From the NCBI GenBank assembly GCA_964476495.1, contig CAYZBB010000002.1:1783-25782 (forward strand): DNA of 24,000 nucleotides. The letters are read 5' to 3'. This DNA comes from an uncultured Actinomycetes bacterium (GTDB lineage Bacteria > Actinomycetota > Actinomycetes > Mycobacteriales > Nakamurellaceae). The translations under genes and the position numbers were made by a program. Positions 8,574-15,456 of the stretch are shown here, one piece after another; the first letter of the stretch is position 1; each line of letters starts with the position of its first letter. The notes beneath the pieces are model-generated. The model was not told the origin of the DNA and did no database searches. It saw nothing but the letters and a program-made list of their open reading frames with translations.

Positions 8574-9217
8574 CCGAGCGCGTGCCCGTGCAGGTCGTCG
8601 TCGACGACGCCGTCCTCGGCGGTGACCTGGCCCTCCCGCCGATCCCGCGGGCGGTTGTGCTGTTCGCACACGGCAGCGGCAGCAGCCGGCACAGCGTACG
8701 CAACCGGCACGTCGCCGACGCCCTGGTCGACTTCGGTGCCGCAACGCTGCTGATGGACCTGCTGACCGCGCGGGAGGAGCGGATCGACCGGCGAACCCGT
8801 CAATACCGTTTCGACATAGGACTTCTCGGTCACCGGCTGACCGGCGCCGTCGACTGGCTCACCGCCGATCCGCGCACCGCGCAGCTGCCGGTCGTCACGT
8901 TCGGGGCCAGCACCGGTGCGGCGGCCGCCCTGATTGCCGCGGCCGAACGGGCCGATCGGGTGCGCGGGGTCATCTCCCGAGGCGGCCGGCCCGACCTCGC
9001 CGGTGAGCATCTCCCGCGGGTGCGGGCACCGGTGCTGCTGATCGTCGGCGGACGGGACCCGCAGGTGCTCGAACTCAACGAGGCTGCGGCGGCGCGCCTG
9101 TCGACGTCGGTCGAACTCGTCGTGGTGCCGGGTGCGACCCACCTGTTCGAGGAGCCCGGCGCCATGGAGGTGGTGATCGAGCGCGCGATCGGTGCGCTGC
9201 GGGTCTGGTTGGCCTGA
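8570..9217 (+). CDS. Alpha/beta hydrolase (dienelactone-hydrolase-like)
   Basis: VVLFAHGSGSSRHSVRN oxyanion region. GASTGAA (GxSxG nucleophile elbow). LLIVGGRDP and the GATHLFEEPG His region. 215 aa. Translationally coupled (ATGA) to the preceding gene. Confidence 0.85.
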   Translation: MTERVPVQVVVDDAVLGGDLALPPIPRAVVLFAHGSGSSRHSVRNRHVADALVDFGAATLLMDLLTAREERIDRRTRQYRFDIGLLGHRLTGAVDWLTADPRTAQLPVVTFGASTGAAAALIAAAERADRVRGVISRGGRPDLAGEHLPRVRAPVLLIVGGRDPQVLELNEAAAARLSTSVELVVVPGATHLFEEPGAMEVVIERAIGALRVWLA

Positions 9218-9219
9218 CG

Positions 9220-9621
9220 TCACAGGGCACTGGCGACGTCGGTCTGGCTGAAGTCCGTGCCCTTGAAGAGAAGTGATGCCCCGAGCGTCTGCGCGAGTGC
9301 ATAGCTGAAACAGTCGCCGAGATTGAGTGCGGCCGGATGGCGTCCCTTGCCGAAGCGGCGCCAGGCCGCGAGCGCCAATGCGGCGTGGCGTTCGTCGAAC
9401 GGTTCGATCGCCACCGCGAGCCGCGCCAGCAGAGCGCGAAGGTCGTCAACCGCCGCAGGCCCTTGGCGAGACTCGATCACGATGCCGAGTTCGACCTGAG
9501 TCGCGGCGGAAAGTACCAGCTCGCCGGTGTAGCGCACCATCGCCGCGGCAAACGCCTCTGCATCCGGCTCACCGAGGATCACCGCGGCCACCGCCGAGGT
9601 GTCCAGGACGACCAGGCTCAC
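9220..9621 (-). CDS. vapC: Type II toxin VapC (PIN-domain ribonuclease)
   Basis: The N-terminal VVLDTSAV acidic residue and the C-terminal LNLGDCFSYALA motif are typical of PIN/VapC. 133 aa. 4-nt overlap with the upstream antitoxin gene. Confidence 0.9.
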   Translation of the reverse strand: MSLVVLDTSAVAAVILGEPDAEAFAAAMVRYTGELVLSAATQVELGIVIESRQGPAAVDDLRALLARLAVAIEPFDERHAALALAAWRRFGKGRHPAALNLGDCFSYALAQTLGASLLFKGTDFSQTDVASAL

Positions 9622-9872
9622 CGGGGCAGCCCATGCTCGTCGTAGCCGACAATTTCGTCGGCAGGGCGATGATCGAGGACTTCCCGCTGGCGTCCGCGGT
9701 GGATGAACTCGTCCAAGCCATCGCCGGCTGTGGTGAGGGCCTTGCGAGCGCGAATCCGGTTCAGGCGCTCCTCGAGAGCGCGGCGGGTCGCTTCCGTGAT
9801 GGACTCTCCGGCCTCGAAGGCCAACTCTCGAGCAAGCCGATCCGCCTCGGGATCCTTGATGTTGAGCACCAT
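9618..9872 (-). CDS. vapB: Type II antitoxin VapB (Rv0623-like/PSK-type)
   Basis: MVLNIKDPEADRLARELAFEAGESITEATRRALEERL... and the C-terminal IVGYDEHGLP are hallmarks of this antitoxin family. 84 aa, directly upstream of vapC. Confidence 0.88.
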   Translation of the reverse strand: MVLNIKDPEADRLARELAFEAGESITEATRRALEERLNRIRARKALTTAGDGLDEFIHRGRQREVLDHRPADEIVGYDEHGLPR

Positions 9873-9913
9873 CCTTCCATCCTAGTAGGAAGAAATCATC
9901 CAGCTATGGAAGA
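9873..9913 (-). promoter_or_regulatory. Candidate vapBC operator/promoter repeats
   Basis: CTTCC (9874-9878) and GGAAG (9888-9892) form an inverted repeat. CTTCCAT (9874-9880) is the reverse complement of ATGGAAG (9906-9912). GGAAGA occurs twice as a direct repeat. The region sits immediately upstream of the vapB start and is locally AT-richer. Confidence 0.35.
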
Positions 9914-9947
9914 CACAACGACGGTATGGCCCCGCCACGGCGAGCGG

Positions 9948-11105
9948 TCATTCACCCAGGGCGAACCGCATCGGATCGGTGTACCGGCTGACGCCGTCCT
10001 CGTCCCGCAGGTAGAAGGACACCTCCACCGCCGGGTCGTCCAGGTCGTACACGGCGTGCCAGAAGGTCCTGGCCATCGGGACCGGGGCGGTGAACCGCAC
10101 CGCCGCGAACTGGTCCCGGATGTCGTCCCGGTCGACGAGCGCGCCGGTGGAGACCAGGCCGGCCAGCGTACGGAACCGGTGGTAGGTCAGCGCGGCGGTG
10201 CCGTCGAGCATCGGATCGTCGGGCAGTTCGGTGCCCTCCGGCCACCGGTGCAACAGGTGGTTCGTGCACACCGCCCGCGCGCCCGCGGACGGCTCGACGA
10301 TGAACTCCTTGTTGTGCCCGGGGGAGTACTCCCAGACGAAGGAGCGACCGGAACGGTCGGCCACCAGGAAGTGGCAGGGCACGAAGAAGTAGTACTGCTT
10401 GGCCAGCAGCAGTGCCTGCTTGGCCTCGTCCACCGTCGCGCACGTGTCCAGCAGGTAGCGGACGATCTGCTGCTCCGACAGCCCGACCTGGGCGACGACA
10501 CTCGGCTCGGGCGAAGGGGATTCGTTGTCGGCCATCAGGCTCACCGCCAGCCCGGCCGAGTTCACCCCGTCCATCGCGCCCAGCACGTCCATGATGCCGA
10601 TGGTGATGGATGAATAGCCTTGTCGCGGGTGCAGTTCCACCATCCACGGATCGGATGCGAGCGGGCGTTCTCCGGGAGCCGCTGCCCCACGGGTGATCTC
10701 GCCGTAGGTCAGAGTCGGGAAGTCGAAGTTGCGGGAGAGCAGGCTGTGCCCGTCCTTGGTCCCGGCGCCCGGGTAGAACACCGTCGAGCATCCCGCCGGC
10801 AGTTCGTAGGTGCCGAGCCAGGCGAGATCCCAGGCGTCGTCGTCGGGGTCGACGCCCAGGGCATCGCCGACGCCGCGCATCCGCTCGTGCATGGCGGGAT
10901 AGTTCGCGGCGAACCAAGTCCGCCGCGCCCGCTGGACCGTTGGGTTCGGCGCGGGGGTGGGGGCGGCCTCGGCACCGTGCGCATGACGGGCCGCCGTGGC
11001 CAACGCCCGACCGATCTCCCGATCGGTTCCCGTGGCGCTGATGTGGTGGACGGTGAGGAAATCGGACGGCGTTCCTCCGGCGACGATGGTCGTGGTGGTG
11101 GTCAT
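9948..11105 (-). CDS. C45-family Ntn hydrolase (acyl-CoA:6-aminopenicillanic-acid acyltransferase-like peptidase/amidase)
   Basis: ORF trimmed to ATG 11105 (MTTTTTIVAGG...), which is preceded by GGGAGA. The probable autoprocessing site is ELPAG|CSTVFYPG, with Cys106 as the N-terminal nucleophile, followed by LLSRNFDF, as in the C45 family. The longer Ser-rich ORF extension runs antisense through the marR start. Confidence 0.75.
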   Translation of the reverse strand: MTTTTTIVAGGTPSDFLTVHHISATGTDREIGRALATAARHAHGAEAAPTPAPNPTVQRARRTWFAANYPAMHERMRGVGDALGVDPDDDAWDLAWLGTYELPAGCSTVFYPGAGTKDGHSLLSRNFDFPTLTYGEITRGAAAPGERPLASDPWMVELHPRQGYSSITIGIMDVLGAMDGVNSAGLAVSLMADNESPSPEPSVVAQVGLSEQQIVRYLLDTCATVDEAKQALLLAKQYYFFVPCHFLVADRSGRSFVWEYSPGHNKEFIVEPSAGARAVCTNHLLHRWPEGTELPDDPMLDGTAALTYHRFRTLAGLVSTGALVDRDDIRDQFAAVRFTAPVPMARTFWHAVYDLDDPAVEVSFYLRDEDGVSRYTDPMRFALGE

Positions 11106-11136
11106 CGAGTTCTCCCTCGGCGTGTCGCTCCCCGGA

Positions 11137-11186
11137 TGTACTACGTTCTCGCAGTACCATGCAGATATGGTGCGACGTCGTAGTAC
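11137..11186. promoter_or_regulatory. Candidate MarR operator in the divergent promoter region
   Basis: GTACT (11138-11142)...AGTAC (11153-11157) is an inverted repeat with a 10-bp spacer. GTACTACG (11138-11145) is the exact reverse complement of CGTAGTAC (11179-11186). The region spans the 61-bp gap between the divergent starts at 11105 and 11167. Confidence 0.3.
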
Positions 11187-11736
11187 TTCTGTCAAGGGCG
11201 CATCGGGATCCGATGCGCAGCGATATGCGGCCACCCACCCCAAGCCGGACCCGGAGGACCCGGCGGCCGTGCCGGCGGACGAGAACGTGCTGTTCGCCCT
11301 CTGGTCGGTCGGCCGAGCGGCCACCGGGCTGCTCGACGGGCTGCTGTCCCCGGCTGGGCTGGATGCCGACGAGTTCGCGATGTACTCGCTGCTGCTGGCC
11401 CGCGAGCACGTCACGCCGACCGAACTCGCCCGCTGGTCGTTCGCACCGGCCACGACCGTGTCCAGCTACGTGAAACGGTTCGAGAGGCGCGGTCACGTCG
11501 AGCGCGTGCCGCACCCAACGGACCGGCGGTCGTACTCGATCCGGCTCACCGACGCCGGCCGAGCCACCCACCTGGCCGCCGCCGAGCGGTTCCTGCCGGC
11601 AGTTCAGGCGGTCGACGCCGTCCTTGGGGCGGAGGAGCGGACCGTGCTGGCGGCGCTGCAGCAACTACGTGCGGCCGTCGACGCGGTCCGGGCGGCGGGG
11701 ACGCGAACCACCGTCCCGACCCGACCCATCGAGTGA
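11167..11736 (+). CDS. MarR-family transcriptional regulator
   Basis: Winged-helix region FAMYSLLLAREHVTPTELARWSFAPATTVSSYVKRFERRGHVERVPHPTDRRSYSIRLTDAG, with the DRR-wing motif typical of MarR. ATG 11167 (GTG 11170 is an alternative). Confidence 0.85.
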   Translation: MVRRRSTSVKGASGSDAQRYAATHPKPDPEDPAAVPADENVLFALWSVGRAATGLLDGLLSPAGLDADEFAMYSLLLAREHVTPTELARWSFAPATTVSSYVKRFERRGHVERVPHPTDRRSYSIRLTDAGRATHLAAAERFLPAVQAVDAVLGAEERTVLAALQQLRAAVDAVRAAGTRTTVPTRPIE

Positions 11737-11749
11737 ATCCGGTGCGGCG

Positions 11750-11772
11750 CGGTTCGGGTCCCCGAAGCCGCA
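11750..11772. terminator. GC-rich hairpin between convergent genes (possible bidirectional terminator)
   Basis: GCGGTTCGG (11750-11758) pairs with CCGAAGCCGC (11763-11772) with one bulged G and a 4-nt loop. No U-tract. Confidence 0.3.
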
Positions 11773-11794
11773 GGACATTCACTCGACCCGAAGG

Positions 11795-12466
11795 TCAGGC
11801 CCTTCTGACTCCCTCGTCCACCACGGAACGCACGACCCGGGCCTGCACCTGCGACAGCGCGTCGAGCCGGTCGTCGACGGCCAGGGACGTCAGGAGCAGG
11901 GCAGCTGCATCGACGGTGCGGTCCAGGTCCGAGACTTGGACCATTGGACCCGCAGCGGCCGCATCGCTCCCGACCACCACGTCGAGGGGAGGGCCGTCGG
12001 CCGCCGATCCGAACGCCGGGTTGGCGATCCAGCCCCCTCCGGCGGCCGCGCCGGCGGCCGCCCTCACAGTCGGCGTGGCGATGGGCCCGCGAGCGGCCGC
12101 GCGCGGGGCGGGAACGGGGGCTCCGCGCGACGGTGGTGCGGACGCCGGTGCGGGCGGGGGTGGAGCCATCGGCATGGCGGCCGACGACCGAACCGCTTCG
12201 GGCGCCTGCGGTCTCGCCGCCACATCGCGTGCTGCCGCGGGCGGGATCGCATCGAACAGGCTGTCCGGCCGCAGACCGAGCGCATCGGCAAGGGTCCGCA
12301 TGGCCGGCGCGGACGGCATCCGGTATCCGGTCTCCAGCTGCGAGATGTAGGGGTAGGACAGCCCGGTCGCCTCGGCCAGGTCGCGCCGGCTCATCCCGCG
12401 CCGTTCCCGGGCCTGGCGGAGCATCTCCCCGAACTCCTCGCTGCCTGTCTTCGTGGACTCGGCCAT
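11795..12466 (-). CDS. XRE-family helix-turn-helix regulator with a Pro/Ala-rich linker and an uncharacterised C-terminal domain
   Basis: HTH: FGEMLRQARERRGMSRRDLAEATGLSYPYISQLETGYRMPS. Start moved to ATG 12466 (MAEST...), which is preceded by a perfect AAGGAG 6 nt upstream. A low-complexity P/A stretch covers aa ~75-140, followed by an ~80-aa C-terminal domain. Confidence 0.85.
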   Translation of the reverse strand: MAESTKTGSEEFGEMLRQARERRGMSRRDLAEATGLSYPYISQLETGYRMPSAPAMRTLADALGLRPDSLFDAIPPAAARDVAARPQAPEAVRSSAAMPMAPPPPAPASAPPSRGAPVPAPRAAARGPIATPTVRAAAGAAAGGGWIANPAFGSAADGPPLDVVVGSDAAAAGPMVQVSDLDRTVDAAALLLTSLAVDDRLDALSQVQARVVRSVVDEGVRRA

Positions 12467-12546
12467 CAATGCTCCTTGCATAGCGTTGCTCTGAGCATTA
12501 CGCTCTGAGTAACAGCATAGCCCAGGATCACGACCCGGAGGAAGCC
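12467..12546. promoter_or_regulatory. Divergent XRE/vWA promoter region with nested repeats (candidate operator)
   Basis: The layout is GCATAGC (12478-12484), N3, GCTCTGAG (12488-12495), N6, GCTCTGAG (12502-12509), N5, GCATAGC (12515-12521). The first site is part of the perfect palindrome TGCTC-T-GAGCA (12487-12497). A possible -35 TTGCAT (12476-12481) and -10 TACGCT (12499-12504) with a 17-bp spacer face the vWA gene. GGAGGA is the RBS before ATG 12547. Confidence 0.4.
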
Positions 12547-13812
12547 ATGCACATCGACACCCATCTGGACCTCGACGTCGTCGCGTTCGAACGTCAGGAC
12601 GAGATCTCCCTGCTCGTCGAGCTCACCGCGCCGGCCGCCGCCATCGACCGACCCCGCCCGCCGCGCACTCTGGTGGTCGTCCTGGATCGGAGCGGATCGA
12701 TGCAGGGCGAACGGCTTTCGGGTGCCAAGCGGGCACTGGGTGAGCTGATCGACCGGCTGGACCCGCAGGACCGCTTCGGGCTGGTGACGTTCGACAGCGG
12801 GGTCCGGGTGGACATCCCGGCCGCGCCGCTGGCCGACAAGGCACAGGCCAAGCAGCGGATCGAGGCGGTGCACCCCGGCGGCTCGACGGATCTGGCCGCC
12901 GGCTACCTGCGCGGCGTGCAGGAGGGCCGGCGCACGGTGGACGGTGCCGGCGGCACGATCCTGCTGGTCAGCGACGGTCACGCGAACACCGGCATCACCG
13001 ACCCGGAAGCGCTCGGAGCCGTCGCGGCGAGGGCGTCCGCGGACGGGATCACCACCACCACGGTAGGTTTCGGTCTCGGCTACGACGAACGGCTGCTGAA
13101 GGCGATCGCCGGCGGCGGGAACGGCAGCGAGCTGTTCGCCGAGCACGCGGACCAGGCGGTGGCGGCGATCTCGGGCGAGCTGGACGGATTGCTGTCGCAG
13201 ACCGCCCAGGCGGCGTCGTTGCTGGTGCGGATGACGCCGGCGTGCCGCCGGATGCGGGTGGTCAACGAGCTCACCTCGGTGCCGACCGACGACGGCGTGC
13301 AGATCGAACTCGGCGCGTTCTACGCGGGCGAGGTGCGGCGCCTGGTCATCACGTTCGACGTCCCCAGGATCGCCACGCTCGGGCTGGCCCAGATCGCCGA
13401 CCTGGACTTCACCTGGGTCGAACTGCCCGCCCTGGTCCAGCATTCGGTGACCGTTCCGGTGCACGTCAATGTCGTGCCGGGCGATCAGGCGGCCTGCCGC
13501 ATCCCGGACCCGACGGTGCGCACCGAACTGGCGTTCCTGCGCACGCAACAGGCGAAACGAGCCGCGGCCGAACGGATGTCGCGAGGCGATGCGGGCGGGG
13601 CGATGGCCGAGATGCTGGCGGCCGGGTCGATGCTGCGGACCGCGATGGCCTCTGCACCGATGGCGATGATGAGTGACCTGTCCGAGGACCTGGCGACCAT
13701 CGACCAGCTGACCACGGAGGCTGCGAGCGGTGACCTCTCCCGCGCGGCGAAGGCGCTCTCCGCGGACACCAGCCGCAAGTCGCGACGCCGTGGGAGCACC
13801 GCTCAAGCCTGA
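12547..13812 (+). CDS. von Willebrand factor type A (vWA) domain protein, cytoplasmic, with a beta-rich middle and a helical C-terminal region
   Basis: MIDAS motif DRSGS (aa 47-51, nt 12685-12699), GGSTDL, and LLVSDGHANTG, all typical of vWA. No signal peptide or TM segment seen. 421 aa. Confidence 0.88.
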   Translation: MHIDTHLDLDVVAFERQDEISLLVELTAPAAAIDRPRPPRTLVVVLDRSGSMQGERLSGAKRALGELIDRLDPQDRFGLVTFDSGVRVDIPAAPLADKAQAKQRIEAVHPGGSTDLAAGYLRGVQEGRRTVDGAGGTILLVSDGHANTGITDPEALGAVAARASADGITTTTVGFGLGYDERLLKAIAGGGNGSELFAEHADQAVAAISGELDGLLSQTAQAASLLVRMTPACRRMRVVNELTSVPTDDGVQIELGAFYAGEVRRLVITFDVPRIATLGLAQIADLDFTWVELPALVQHSVTVPVHVNVVPGDQAACRIPDPTVRTELAFLRTQQAKRAAAERMSRGDAGGAMAEMLAAGSMLRTAMASAPMAMMSDLSEDLATIDQLTTEAASGDLSRAAKALSADTSRKSRRRGSTAQA

Positions 13813-13880
13813 ACGCCCCAAGCCTGCGCTGATCAGTCAAACTAAGAGTGACCGTTGCGCCGAATCTGGCGGCCGCGTCG

Positions 13881-13930
13881 GTCGAGATCCGCACTGCCGG
13901 CTGAAGAAGCCCGGCCACGTGGATCTCGAC
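13881..13930. repeat. 10-bp perfect inverted repeat enclosing repeat copy 1
   Basis: GTCGAGATCC (13881-13890) is the exact reverse complement of GGATCTCGAC (13921-13930). The 30-nt interior contains GCCGG/CCGGC and the CCACGTGG palindrome. Confidence 0.6.
13900..13928. repeat. 29-bp perfect direct repeat, copy 1 (GCTGAAGAAGCCCGGCCACGTGGATCTCG)
   Basis: Identical to 13972-14000 by direct reading. Contains the palindrome CCACGTGG (13915-13922). Confidence 0.9.
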
Positions 13931-13971
13931 CCAGCCAACTCCGTGCCCGCCCGCCCGCGTCCATGTCACCA

Positions 13972-14000
13972 GCTGAAGAAGCCCGGCCACGTGGATCTCG
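13972..14000. repeat. 29-bp perfect direct repeat, copy 2
   Basis: Identical to 13900-13928, with a start-to-start distance of 72 bp (43-bp spacer). Contains CCACGTGG (13987-13994). Confidence 0.9.
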
Positions 14001-14127
14001 CCGGCGACCCGGCCGCGACCCGGCCCAACCCAGCGGATTCACCCTGAAGGGACGGCCCCTGCTGGGCCGGTCCGCCGTTCCAACGCCCATTTTCGGTGCC
14101 GGTTTGTCCGGTTCCATGGGTTTTGGA

Positions 14128-15456
14128 TCAGCGCAGACCCGCGGGACCGGGCCTTGGATCAGCGCGGTGCCTGCCCGCCGCCAGTTTCACGGTGGGTATC
14201 GCGCGCACCGTCGCCAACGCCAGGACCGTCAGCCCCAGAACGAAGTAGACCGGCCAGACTTCGTCACGCAGCCGGGCCAGCTCGCCGAACACCAACGCCA
14301 CCACGGTTGCGACGACGCCGATCAGAAGCTGGCTGAAGGCGATGTTGACGGATCGGTGCTCGGTCACCGAACGGAGCAACCACACCCGTTGCCCGGTGTA
14401 GACGACCTGCGCGGCCACCGCCGCGATCGCCAGAATGATGCCGAACAGCCAGTTCTCGGCCGGTATCACCCACTCGTCCGCGGCGATGCACAGCAGGGCG
14501 GCGACGATCGTCAGCGCGCCGGCGAACAGGTAAAGGCCGCGCACGGTGGCGGCCTGCCGGGCACGCGACCAGGCGACCGCGTAGGTCACCAATCCGATCG
14601 CGGTGAACGCGACGATCAGGTGCAGGTTGCCGACGGCGTCGCCGTGCAGGGCGGCGCCGTGCGCGCTGAAGAACGCCGTGCCCAGCGTCACCGAGACGAA
14701 GCAGGTCTGCACCAGCAGGAACCTCACGAACCAGCGGTGGCCACGAAGCTGGCGCCAGCCGATCCGCAGAACCTGCCCGAGTGTGGTCCGGTCCCGGTTG
14801 TCGACCGGCGGGGCGACGATCATCAGGCTGAACGGCACGGCGACGGTGAACGCCACGGCGCCGGCCCACAGCAGTGTCAGGTGCGAGGACAGCGCGTCCG
14901 CTTCACCGAAGACCGCCAGTTGGAGCACCGTGATCATCAGCACCACGGCGGCACTGATCGCCGACTGCAGGACCGGGAGCGCGCCGTGATGGTGCGGCAG
15001 CAGCGATGTCGCCATGGCGTCCACCGACCACACCGAGGCCAGCCCACCCAGCAGGCCCAGAAGTGCGGCGGCCACGACGAACACGTATTCCATCGACGAG
15101 CCGGCAAGGTGGCCGCCCAGTGCGTCGCCGGCAGTGATGAGACCGGCGAACAGCGCGGTCGCGGCCAGCAACAGCCGGATCGGACCGGTGGAATGCAGGA
15201 TCGGCGCGACGAGAGTGCCCACAAGATAGGTCAGGGTGGCGGCCGGGTAGATGAGCGAGGCCGCCAGCGGGGAGCCGCCCACCGCGATGCAGATGAACGG
15301 CAGCACCACGGCCGTGGCCGTGAGCTGGTTGGCCAGGCTCACCGCGGACGACTGCGCCAGCATGACCCGGAAGTTCCGGTCGTGCGGGATGTGGTGTCGC
15401 CCGGTCGAGACCTCCTTCGTTACTGATGGTGATCGATCCTGAACCCCCTGTGACAT
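14128..15456 (-). CDS. Multi-pass membrane transporter, MFS-like
   Basis: About 12 hydrophobic segments. N-terminal ...HDRNFRVMLAQSSAVSLANQL resembles the MFS N-terminal consensus. ATG 15456 is preferred to the TTG at 15474 reported by the track. The start is uncertain because the RBS is weak. Confidence 0.7.
   Translation of the reverse strand: MSQGVQDRSPSVTKEVSTGRHHIPHDRNFRVMLAQSSAVSLANQLTATAVVLPFICIAVGGSPLAASLIYPAATLTYLVGTLVAPILHSTGPIRLLLAATALFAGLITAGDALGGHLAGSSMEYVFVVAAALLGLLGGLASVWSVDAMATSLLPHHHGALPVLQSAISAAVVLMITVLQLAVFGEADALSSHLTLLWAGAVAFTVAVPFSLMIVAPPVDNRDRTTLGQVLRIGWRQLRGHRWFVRFLLVQTCFVSVTLGTAFFSAHGAALHGDAVGNLHLIVAFTAIGLVTYAVAWSRARQAATVRGLYLFAGALTIVAALLCIAADEWVIPAENWLFGIILAIAAVAAQVVYTGQRVWLLRSVTEHRSVNIAFSQLLIGVVATVVALVFGELARLRDEVWPVYFVLGLTVLALATVRAIPTVKLAAGRHRADPRPGPAGLR

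Noticed and set aside
11106-11453. 116-aa Ser/Ala-rich N-terminal extension of the C45 hydrolase ORF.
   Set aside because: It runs antisense across the marR start and promoter and is low complexity. The internal ATG 11105 has a GGGAGA RBS, and the protein from there has the normal ~105-aa pro-region before the Gly-Cys site.
12467-12481. The upstream ATG (MQGAL-) as the start of the XRE regulator.
   Set aside because: Those codons spell AAGGAG, a perfect RBS 6 nt before the second ATG at 12466.
13900-14000. CRISPR array call for the 29-bp repeats.
   Set aside because: There are only two repeat units and one spacer, with no cas genes or leader in the window. Copy 1 is embedded in an inverted repeat, which is not CRISPR-like. 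It is kept as a repeat and a finding, not called as CRISPR.
14053-14069. Short GC hairpin CGGCCC-CTGCT-GGGCCG as a terminator for the convergent vWA and MFS genes.
   Set aside because: It has only a 6-bp stem and no U-tract, and many equally good hairpins occur by chance at this GC content.
13730-14117. ORFs spanning the repeat region, 13730-14047(+) and 13842-14117(-). They translate the repeat as LKKPGHVDL or RDPRGRASSAG twice.
   Set aside because: They have no RBS and a low-complexity composition. The first overlaps the vWA gene 3' end. All three frames are open here simply because of GC richness.
14123-14165. 12-bp direct repeat TTGGATCAGCGC at 14123-14134 and 14154-14165 around the MFS stop codon, possibly a frameshift or duplication signature.
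   Set aside because: The copies are 31 bp apart and in different frames. The ORF reads through the inner copy cleanly and ends at the outer one. I saw no evidence of disruption, so this is probably a trivial short duplication.
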